From Macrostomum lignano (Eukaryota), in assembly GCA_002269645.1 (NCBI GenBank), contig NIVC01000114.1:806001-870000 (forward strand): a stretch of DNA of 64,000 bases. Reading direction: 5' to 3'. Position 1 is the first letter of the stretch, and every line of letters begins with the position of its first letter. Position numbers and translations under genes: made by a program. A model generated the notes under the pieces. The model worked only from the letters and a program-made list of their open reading frames with translations, ran no database searches and was not told where the DNA came from. Positions 10,914 through 21,600 of the stretch are shown in pieces.

Positions 10914-11444
10914 TCCCTTTGTTCGGGTTTTTTGGGATGTTTTGCGCGTGCTATCCAATTGTTGCCTTTGTTCTCTCCCTCCGGCCGTTCCGCTATGTCT
11001 CGTTGAAAGGCCATGGCAGATCGGACCTTCCGTACAGAGTCCGGTTGCTGCGCTCCAGACAGACAGTTTTTGTCTTTCCTTGGTGCAAGGATTTGGTGAG
11101 GAGTCGACAACGTTCGATTCGCAGTGTTTGCCTAAAAATTGTTGGTTGGCGAATTAGCGGATTCTGATGGATTGAAATTGCATTATTTGAAGCAGAAACA
11201 ATCACATGTTACCATAGAAACCAGCCTGGCAGTTGCATTGGTTGCGGCAGAGGTGGGACACTGGCCACCGTTTTCACACTTGCAACCTGTGAAAAGTTTA
11301 CAATTGAGTTATGTGAATAAAAGCTTAGCTCCTTATTCAAGGTTCTAACTGTGTACCACTTAGATAAAAGGAGATAAATAAAAATTTTGTTATGCATCTT
11401 TATATAACAAAATAGATTTATATAACAAACATCTTTATTTAACC

Positions 11445-11700
11445 TAATAAACAGCTCAGCCGCAGCTATTGTGCGGCGCATCATGAAGGCGGCGTGCGGC
11501 TGCTCAGTCCAAGGACTGGGGTGTCGTCACACACACTCAATTAAACCCCAGCTAATGCTGGCACCCATTTTACAGCTGAGCGAACTGAAGCAATGCAGAG
11601 TCAATTCGCTTGCTCGAGGACACAAGATGTTCCTAGTAGATCTAGAGTCGAACCCCAGACCTCGCAGTCGTGAGTCCGACTCTCTAACTACTCGTCTAAA
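11445..11700 (-). mobile_element. tRNA-derived SINE
   Basis: Minus-strand tRNA-like head with B box GGGTTCGACTC and central CAGCTGTAAAATGGGT; same family as 16352-16660; duplicate at 54612-54900. Confidence 0.8.
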
Positions 11701-13544
11701 AGCCTTTTTTACCACCAAAAAATATCTCCTGAAAATGCTACAAACCATAAAAAAATACCAAAACTTTCTTATTTAATGCGCTCACATTACTCTGCCAAAA
11801 TAGCTACTAATCATTTCCTAAGCGGACTCGGAGGCAGAATAGATTACTGCGACAAATGTACTCCGTAATAAATGTCCATTACAAGTCTAAAGCATATACA
11901 TGTACAATAACAAAAAATACCAAAAAAATCTGAATAAAGTAAAATAGTTTTCTTTTGAATGCTTTAAAACAAAGCTAATGAAGCTTACTGCCAGTCGTCT
12001 TTGCATACGGATGAACCCAACGCAAGCAACACAGTTGATAAAACCAGCAGGTGCCACATGCTGTTTAAATACAAAACGATCTCTTTAATATTACCAGTAT
12101 ATGACCTTTTTCATTGGCTTGACGGCTTGCGGTCTGATGGTTGCTAAATGGAGTCTCTGCTCACATTGCAGCTGGAAGAATTAAAGAAACATTGAATAAA
12201 ATATACATATATCAATTTCGCTCAATAAAAATAAATTTCTGATAAATTTTCTCACAATAAAATTGATGGGGCTAATCTGATAAGGAGTATTAGAAGTACA
12301 ACACTATTAATTCTGCCCTAAAAAATTAAGGTCGCATTACGCGTACTACGCTAGTATAAGTAACTTTTTAACAACAATTGACTCAAGAACACAAAATAAC
12401 AAAGCTTACAATAAGATGTGTTCAAGTATTCTATCAAAAATGAAAAAATCCGTTTAAAATATGCAATATACAATTAGTGTTTGTTATCTGTTGTTAAACG
12501 AGGAGGGTAGCCAAGAGGCTCCCGCGGATCAGCCCAGCGAAGGACTCTGCCGCTGAGGGGGCACATCTTACCAGGGGCATATAGCCCGAGCAGCCCAGAT
12601 TGGGACCTGACTTCTTGGCCAGGAAGATTGGATGCTACTAACCCAAGCCTATTGACCAAGACACCGCCAACCCAACTTGTGGAATCAGGGACGGTGCAAG
12701 GACCGAATCCACCCAGGCCACCCCCCAGCAGACAAATCCCGGGAGTGCGCGAATAAAGACTGGAAAAACTTCGAAATACTAAATTTGTGAACATTTGTGA
12801 ATTTGTTATCATCCTTGAACTAAATTTTCTATCACCAAACGAGTGGCAAAGCACAGGTTTCATCATCGCAAGAAACCCGTCGAAAAGACCCTCTGTTGCC
12901 TTCTTTTGGCTCTCCAAACAGGTTTGACGATGCTAAGCGAAATTGGAAATATGAAAAAGGATACCTCCAGGTTGAGAGTCTGTTTGAGGATTTTTGAAAT
13001 TACAGACAGTGAACTCTAGTATCTGGCTAGGAATTGCATTTAGCTTCTTTGTACCTGTAAATCAATTAGAAGTTCAATATTGGACGGACCTACAGGTACG
13101 GTGTCATTTTGAATAGAAAATTTGAGCTGTCTGCCACATGAAAGCAAATTAAACTATTGCTTGAGCATTCCTTGAAGGCATGAAAATGGACTACTTAAAG
13201 TATAGACATCAAAGGCGATTACTATTATATCATGTAAGCTAATGTGGTCAATTGTGAAATCCTAAACTAGTTCTCAATATCCATAGACTCAATCAATCAG
13301 AGGGAACAAAGGAGCTGGCAAAACAAAAAAATTGTGATATGGAGGTTTGGCTATACTTTTTAAATTTACAAGATATCGGCCTGGAGTTTACTACATCGCC
13401 TAAAATAAATTTGCATGTATAGCATAAAATCAACGCCAAAACTTTCACAAGCTCAAAATTTTACCAAAACAAAAATGTATGCATTAACTTTTATCAGAAC
13501 GTTTATATTCGCCTCCCAATAGTTATTTCTTATGCAAGTAACAC

Positions 13545-13705
13545 CTAGCGCGGGGAAGCGCGCTGCAGACACCGGCACCACCGGATCTCCCTACTCGACA
13601 CCGCAGCCCCAGCTGCCCATGGTCGCCAGGGGTTAGCGAAATGCGCCGCAACGCCTCCTCGCTGCCTCCGGATGCACGGAGTCCCTGTAGCCAAGTCAAG
13701 TAAAT
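13545..13705 (+). mobile_element. Short 3' UTR/tail copy of the same LINE family
   Basis: Matches 3770-3885 and ends in CAAGTCAAG; absent from the duplicate at ~56470. Confidence 0.6.
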
Positions 13706-13754
13706 CAGCACCTTTGAGGAGTGCTATAGCCCGTAATGTATCAATGAGCCTTTT

Positions 13755-13975
13755 TCATATCCCATGTACTCTCCCCATACCCTATGTATCCTTCCTATAC
13801 TTCATGTGCCTTCTGCATACCCCATGTGCCCTCCCTGTACCCCATGTGCCCTCCCTGTACCCCATGTGCCCTCCCCATACTCCATGTGCCCTCCCCATAC
13901 TCTATGTTCCCTACCCGTACGTCTGCGCCTCCCCCATATCCCATGCGCCCTCCCCATTCCTCTGTGCCTTTCCCA
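13755..13975 (+). repeat. Degenerate 21-bp minisatellite type D (CCATGTGCCCTCCCTGTACCC)
   Basis: About 10 degenerate copies; shorter copy at ~56475-56610. Confidence 0.85.
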
Positions 13976-15069
13976 TATTCTATTATCATTTCTTCGCATA
14001 TTTTTGTACCCTACCACGCTCCCGCATTCCTCAGTACAACTTTGCAAAGTGGCACACAAATTCTAAATAGATCCTGGCAAATTAAATTGCTAGTAAATTA
14101 CCTATTACGAGCTACGAAAATAAATGCTTAGCAATTCCCAAAACCTACCATGTAGCCGAAATCTTTAAGAAATACATGGGAGTGCATCTCAATCACATCA
14201 GATTTCGGTCAACAACTGACCAAACAATAACCAAATATTTGATGCAAATGTTTCCCTCAGAGGATTCTTCTACATTCGTCAATAACCAGAAGTTCGTAAG
14301 AAGTCACTGTAATTTCATTGTTAGTCATTTTAATCCGCTGTTAGCTGAAATGTAAAAATACACAAAAATCAATATAGTTTTAAACGTACTAAGAGCTTAC
14401 TGTCACATATCGAACAATATGCTAACAAGAATGGTCTGCCCCCTGTCCGTACCATAACAAATGTGAACAAAAAAAGCCAACAACTTTTATCAAGAGAACA
14501 AGCTCTTATACAATGGAATACAAAAAGTAATGAAGGACATCAATAGCATTTCAAATTAAAGCTTAAAACGGTTATCTTCAGGGCTTACACCTCAACAAAC
14601 AGCAAACCAGTATAATTACGTTGTGATCGGCGCCCCCCCCATCAGGGGGGATGCAAAAGAGAAGAAATAAAAACGTTGAATAAACTACATTTATGACTTT
14701 TAAAGCAAAAAACTGCATCCCTCCGGAAAGCAAGCTGTCTAGCCTAAGGTATCAGATCCTCGTGAGCTTTGGCTCAAAGCATCTCAATGAGCCAATCATT
14801 TCGGCAATACCCCCATAATTCAGCAATTTCCAAAATAAATCAGTATATTTTAAGTGTTGTAGGTTGCCTACTCTGTTTTTATCCCTGAAAATTGTAATGT
14901 ACATTTAACGGCTGGACTGAACCCGAATTTTCTACTGCCAAGTGCAGTTTTTGACTTATTAATTAAATATACTGCTCTGATGCGTGGTGTCGTGTAAGCC
15001 CTGAAGATGACAGCTTGTATCGAAACGCGATGCGTTTACCCTTGAATATTGGTGGTAGTGGTAGCTATA

Positions 15070-15155
15070 TTTCATTATATAGTTATTATAACTATAGTTA
15101 TTATAGTTATAGTTATTATAGTTAATTATAGTTATTATATATAGTTATTATATCA
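15070..15155. repeat. AT-rich (TAGTTATTA)-like low-complexity repeat
   Basis: Visible directly; duplicate at ~57715-57795. Confidence 0.85.
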
Positions 15156-15659
15156 TTGATCGAGCAAATGAGCATTGATCAATTAAAAAGCACAACAACA
15201 ACAACAACAAACAACAACAGAGTACGCTGCCGGTTCGCAAAAGCAGCGTCAGATGGCGCGCTTCGAAGCTTGGGCGCGAACAAAGGCCGCACCGCCGGCA
15301 GAGTAAAATTAATAAAAAGCACGCAAAAGCGTAATAATGATACTACTCATTAATCAACACATCAAAAAATAATTGACCTTTTGTTGATTTCTAGAGTAAA
15401 AGTTTAAATATAAAAACTTATCGGAAATAAAAGTTGAATGAATTGCGCTGAAAAATAAAAAGCGGAAAATTTGATCAAAATAGAAATGTATAGATTAAAA
15501 ACATAGATACAGTTAGAGAAGTCGCTGATCAATACGATTTTTGGTTAGTAACGTTGGAATATTCCATGTTCAGACTTGCTAGGCCTGTCAGTCATGCACA
15601 CTCTCTGTGCCTTGGGTGTTAGCCCTCACAGGTATTGAATCGGGCGACAACCCACCGGC

Positions 15660-18600
15660 CTAAATAAATGTTACTGCGCAAGGAACCGAACTAGCTGTGG
15701 CGTTGTGGCGCGGGAGTGAATCGGCTGCCCCGCTATAGAATAAAAAAATCCACGGTTGCATGAAAAAAATGTCTTAAACAAAAACTAAGAGATATCAGAT
15801 GTCAGTTATAACAAACAACATTGTCGTTTGTTTGTTTCATATATCACACAGTAATTTTTCACGCGCATTGGAATGAACTGAACTTGGCTGGATTGTTATT
15901 TAAATTTTCGTACGTGCAGTCATCGGTTGACGTGTCATATACACCAGCATAAGGCGACCCTGCCTCATCAGTTGGCTGAGCGCCGTCACTGAGCTGCTGC
16001 AATGTAATTATAACTCATATCAAATTATATTTAGTTAGAAGTACGGCAGAATCTGCACTATAAAATTCATTATTATTTAAAATAGAAAAACTTACGTGCT
16101 GCTGAATGCGATCAGCGGTAGCGTAAACAGCTTGGCCCTCTAAGTCGGGCTGCGGCAGGGAGTTACCCTAAGAAAAAAATGAATGTTGGTAAATTTCTCA
16201 GAGCAAAGTTTCAAAAGGTAGAAAAATTATTTAGTCAAAAAGTTTTTTCTTAAACTACAAAATTTTAACGCTGCTGCAAATTTTGAGCTGGATAAACTGC
16301 AAACACCTCAAATTCATGGTGTTTGTGTTAAAAGCACTGTTCTCACGTTCAGGGTTGTAGCCTAGGGTTAGAGCGTCGGACTCATAAATTGAAGGTCAGG
16401 GTTCGATTCCGGATCCCACTGAAACAATTTTCATTTCTGAGCAAGACGCTTAACTCTGCTTTGCTTCAAAGTTCACCCAGCTGTAAAATGGGTACCAGCG
16501 TTAGCTGGGGTAATTGAGGGTGTGTGTGGCGACCCCCCAGTCCTTGGACTGAACAGCTGTACGCAGCCTTCAGATACGCCGCGCAATAGCTGCGGCTGAG
16601 CTGTTGGTTGCACATCTGCCTTTTGGGCAGGTGTAATCAATTATTATTATTATTATCATTACTAAGCGTTCAGCAAAGCAATAAGAAGCTAACCTGAGTA
16701 ATATCTTTCTGTGCCAAAGATGTTGAACCACTTGTTAAGGAGCCTTTACCTAACAGTTGCCTCTAAAAAGTTTAAAAATAAAACTCAAAATTGCTTTTTT
16801 AAGTTATTTTTCAAAACATTTAGTACATACCAATCAATAAATATACATGCCATTACAACTTACCGATCGAAATCGAACAACCAAAATAACAATGCCACAC
16901 GTAAAAGCCGCAGACAGTAAGGCACTGACCACAATAATGATTAAATAGAAACCAATTGAGCCGATAAAGCCTGTGGATGTTTCTGATACTGATAAAGAAG
17001 CTGGAAAATAATGTATGATTCAATGCTTTGCCAAATACAATACTGCGTCGCGTGTAAAATGTTACGAATTTCAAGACGGAATCTTACCATACGATTTCAG
17101 ACACAGATACCCATCAGCTAATTCGTACTTAAATGACCCGTTAAATGGCCACGGCAGTATTCGATTGTTATAATTTTCCGAGTGGCTTCTCTCTAAACAC
17201 ACTTCATCGCTACCGCACGGATTCGGGCTGCATTCTAGGTTGTCAACTGAGCAGTCCGTCCCAGAATAGCCGGGGTGGCACACGCAACTGAAAAACGTCT
17301 GATTGCATTCAAACTCAAGCATTATATAATAGTGCCATAAACAGCGAAAAATACTCACGAAGCCTTTGACGAAGTGCACGTTCCTCCGTTTCTGCATGGC
17401 AAATATACCTCACAAATATCAAGCGACGAGCTCAAGACGACACCTGAAGACTCACTGGCTGCCATTGCTCCTGACAGAGCAAGGTAAGATGGGGAAGAAC
17501 TCAAAATCAGTGGCTGAGCCTCATTCAATCTCGGATGGGAAATTATTCCCCGAAATCCAGTCACGCCTGAAGGCATCGCAGCCCAGATGCTGGCTGGAAA
17601 AACAGGCAGAGATCGCTTTGATCTGCCGCCGGTGCTTGGCGGTGATGCGCCGCTGAAGCCGCCGATGATGAGCTGGCCTGACAGCTGCGGCAGCGGACTC
17701 GCACTGCTCAGCGATGCCGACCTGACTGAAGATGACACTGACAGCGACAGCGAGCGACCCGATATCGACACGGAGATCTTCACGGAGACGAAGCTGCCGG
17801 TGGCCACCGAGTCTGAGGACGTCAGCGATGCGATGTGGGAGCCGTTGCTGTGCAGTAACTGGGCGGACAGACGGCCAGAGTGATCGATCTAAATAGATTG
17901 AAACAAATACTGACTTTACCAGATTTCACTCAATCCAGAAAACAGAACTATTAAGGACACTGACCGTAGCAAGCAGTCTCGGAGTGGTCGCCGAGTCGCT
18001 CGGGTCGCCCAGCAGCAGCAGAAACGCTCCTCGAGACAAAGTCACCAGCCTCAGCTCAATCGTCCACGAGTCTCCGCCATACACACTTGACACACCTGCT
18101 GCAGACGCGAAGATCGCTGATGACACGCTGCCGCCCACACCCAGTGAGAACGATGGAAGCTCAACGGAGCAGTTTCGACCTCCGAAGTCCGCAGCGCAGT
18201 GGCACACAAAGTCGTTCCACACATCTGAGCACATCGAGCTCGTCTTTGCTTCACAAGGCGACGGGCTGCCGCACTGCACCGACCGACTGCAGACTCCCCA
18301 GGTGGCGTTGCTCGACTCCGCCGTGGTCTCCGTGGCGACCAATTTCGAGTCGTTCGTCACGAGCCGCACGTCTCTCACGCAGCCGCGGAAGCCGGATCCG
18401 CTCTCGCCGCCGACACGAACTGACATTCGACTGTTCGGCTTAAATGAGTTCGACAGTCCGTCGACCAGCTGTGCTCCAGGCAGCTGACTCACTCCTGACT
18501 CACTGCGACTCAATTTCGCACTGCCATTGGTCAGCGAGACCGACAGCGTCAGCCAATCAGTAGAGGCCAAGCTGTCACTGACTGGCCAAGCGACCCGACC

Positions 18601-21600
18601 AATCACAGACGATGAGGCACTGGAGAACAGCAGCACGAGACTGGAGTCGTGAGCGCCGACTCGGATGTCTCCCCAGTGAGACGAGAGCCGGACCAGATCA
18701 AAGTGGGCAAGACTCGTGCGGAACGACAGCTCGAAGGTGCAGTCAGCTGTTTTGCTGGAATTGGTGTTGTCCAGCAAGACGCTGAAGGCCGTGCTTCCGC
18801 TGAATGACGCCAGAGTGGTCTCGTTGCACTGCGGTCCAGACCAGCCAGGCTTGCAGGTGCAGCGATAGCCGTGAGCAGGTGACGGCAGCTCGCGAAGAAG
18901 CAGCGCCTCGCACTTCTCATTCATTTGGCACGGGCTGGAGTCGCAGCCAGTCAGTCTGACGCTGCAGTTTTTGCCTCCGAACTCAGCGGGGCAGCCGGTG
19001 CAGGCATAATCCGCTACCAGGTCCTTGCAGACGGCTCCGTTCTGACACGGCTGTCCGAACCGCTCGCACTCGTTGATGTCGATTGAGCAGGTGGGGCCCT
19101 CGTAGCCGGGCAGGCAGTGGCAGGTGAATGAGGCCAGGCCGTCCGTGCAGCTCGACGCGTGAGCGCACACGCTACGGTTGGTGGCCAGATCCAGACAGTC
19201 GTTCGGGTTGATCTTACATGTGTCTCCGTAGATGCCTTTGCGTTGCAGTTAAATAAAGGAATAATTGCTATAGATTAGAATCATTACAGTCAATACAGTC
19301 AATGCACAGGATCTCCTCACCTCTCGGGCAGAGGCAGACGAACCCGGCAGCCAGCGCATAGCTGAAGCTGTCATTGAAAGGCGAAGGCAGTGATGAGTTT
19401 CCATACAGAGCCTGGTTGCTGCGCTCCAGACAGGCGCCACCGAACTGGCACGGATTCGGCGAGCAGTCCGGCACGTCATGGGAGCAGGTCTTTCCCGAGT
19501 AGCCGCTGAAGCAGCTGCAGCTGAAGTCTCTGAGCCCGTCAGTGCAGGTGGCGTTGTGGCTGCACGGGTTGCTGGCGCAGTCGTCAATGCGGCTCTGGCA
19601 GTTCGATCCGTTGAAGTCGGTTGCAGAGCAGTCGCAGGTGAAGCCCCTGACACCGTCGATGCACCTGCCGCCGTGCTGGCACGGGCTCGATGCGCAGTCA
19701 TCGATCTTGGAGCTGCAGGTGTCGTCTTGGAAGTCGACGCGAGAGCAGTCGCAGGTGAACCTGCATTTTTTTCAACATTTTAATGTGAGGGAATACAAAA
19801 CGTGCACAGGAAAATAAAACAAATTTTTGAACTTAAAAGACTGCTTGGTTCGGGATGAATCATCAACGAGGGAAAATAATAAGTATTAGATTTTTTTCGA
19901 ATTTTGACACATTTCTTCCTCTACTAGAAGAGAATTAGCAAGTATGACTGCTAATCAGAAGAAAATAACGCTGTCAGAATATCTGATGGTTGGATTATTA
20001 TTTATCTGACCATTAAATCTTTCAGTTTTCAGTAGAAGTGCAGGAATTTTTTACTTTAGTAGCATGCATTTTCGGGAGGGTAGCAGATATTGTCTACCTC
20101 AGGGACAGGGTTATATAAGTATTTTTACTTTTACACATGATTTTAAGTACCCTCTTTAATTTTAACTTTTTAATCTTGGAAACATTTTGCTTCCAGCGAT
20201 AAATAAACAAAAAGAAAGCTCTTTTTCTGATCAAGGGCCTGAAGGAAAGAGAAGCCGAGCTCAAAGCAGAATTTTCACTGCAAAGCCCAGATACTAGAAT
20301 AAGTAGATGGGCCACTCAGGCGTATATACTTAGTAAAACAGCCTTCTACTTTCAGTTCAGTAGCAAAGAAGAATGCAAGAGTGCATAAGCAATTTTTTTT
20401 AAATAAAGGTAGCTTAAATGACTTTGATAAGCTTAGAAGCCCAAGCTTGGAGGTGTAAACAACTTGCTAATTGGTTCAGCAATAATGTACATAGCCGTTC
20501 CACTGTAATTTACATGGCAGCTATAGGCTGGAATTCTGAGAAAGGCAATTAAAATTGGGGCGGGGCAGGGGGTTAAAGCTGGTGGGTAAGAGCCAATAAA
20601 TGAGCCTTGGCTTTAAAAATACATTGCAATGCTTGTTTAACTTTCTACTGAACAGTAGCTTACACGCAAATGTGCAGAGTGGCTAATCTAGTTATTCTAG
20701 TATCAGATATCTGTGCTGCAAAGCGACGTCCGCAAGACAACGAAGGGATCAGACTCCCGGTGAATGGTAGGATTCGTTTGGCGAACGTATTTTTGAGTGA
20801 CAGAGGCCTCAGCTTCTAATGATCAGGCACTGGGGATGTACTTACGCTCGTAGAAATAGATTTTCCAGTAGTGACGCAAGAGTATAAAATTAAGCCAGTC
20901 TGTTGATGGGGGTAAAGCCTGTGAAGTTCTGAGTCGCTGCTGTTTGGTAACTTTATCTTCGGTACGAGCGTACGCACCAGCCCTGCGACTGCCCCACACC
21001 CCATCATACCGCTGTGATTGGCTGGCCAGCCCCAAGCTGTCTGCAACCAGCTGCCTGTAACCTCCTCTGACCTCCGATTGGCTATTGTTTTTTTCGCGTA
21101 AGTTTAAATTTGGCTTGAGCTCGTGGGTCTTGATTCCCTAGGGCTAAAATTCAGTGGACTCAAATATAAGGAGATGTGTGTGTGGGCAGCGGGCATTGGC
21201 TTTCGCTTCTAACCTGAAAATTAGCTCTCAATTTGCCCGTGTGTCCGCCTTTTTTATTTCGTGGGTGAACCTACATACTGTACGGGATAATCGTAAAGAC
21301 GGACTGATCACGTCTCTTCAAGCGATCCCACGTTCAGAATTCGAAATCAGTCTGACTAGGGTGACTCCATCTTTACCCTCTAGAATCCGCCCCTGGGTCT
21401 TTACCCTCTAGAATCCGCCCCATGGGTCTTTACCCTCTAGAATCCGCCCCTGGGTCTTAACTACATTAAAAAAAATGTACTCCCGTTGTTGGCCCACCAC
21501 CACCTTACTTTCCTTCGCTGCCAGTTTCCCTATATCTATTCTATTCGAAAGTTTAAACTAATGTGCTGACTATCTAGAGTTTGTAAACAGCCACTTACAC

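Larger units (their letters stand above)
8735..11150 (+). mobile_element. DIRS/Ngaro-type tyrosine-recombinase retroelement, internally deleted (no RT)
   Basis: G-rich leader, SAP-domain ORF1, RNase H C-terminal half, overlapping YR frame. The region ~8570-11325 is absent from the duplicate (~54530). Ends not resolved; no split direct repeats found. Confidence 0.8.

Noticed and set aside
12474-12917. 147-aa ORF / possible HDV-like ribozyme (CCTCCTCG motif) in a GC-rich island, duplicate at 55650-56043
   Set aside because: The ORF is frameshifted in the duplicate and has no recognisable domain; I could not complete the required P1/P3 pairings. Probably a TE fragment of unknown type.
13545-13705. 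Relic of a seventh paralogue's intron
   Set aside because: The match is confined to the LINE 3' UTR and tail, so an independent truncated LINE copy explains it.
15950-15980. Hammerhead ribozyme (CTGATGAG on the minus strand)
   Set aside because: No GAAA or flanking stems; it lies inside a predicted coding exon.
16352-16430. tRNA gene
   Set aside because: The tRNA-like head lacks a proper acceptor stem and continues into a SINE body and tail.
17926-17964. Stop codons ending the long LamG ORFs (also 30114, 46503, 60559)
   Set aside because: The ORFs run through a GTCAGT/GTGAGT donor after RLLAT/RLLVT; splicing to IDHSGR restores the frame, so these are not lesions.
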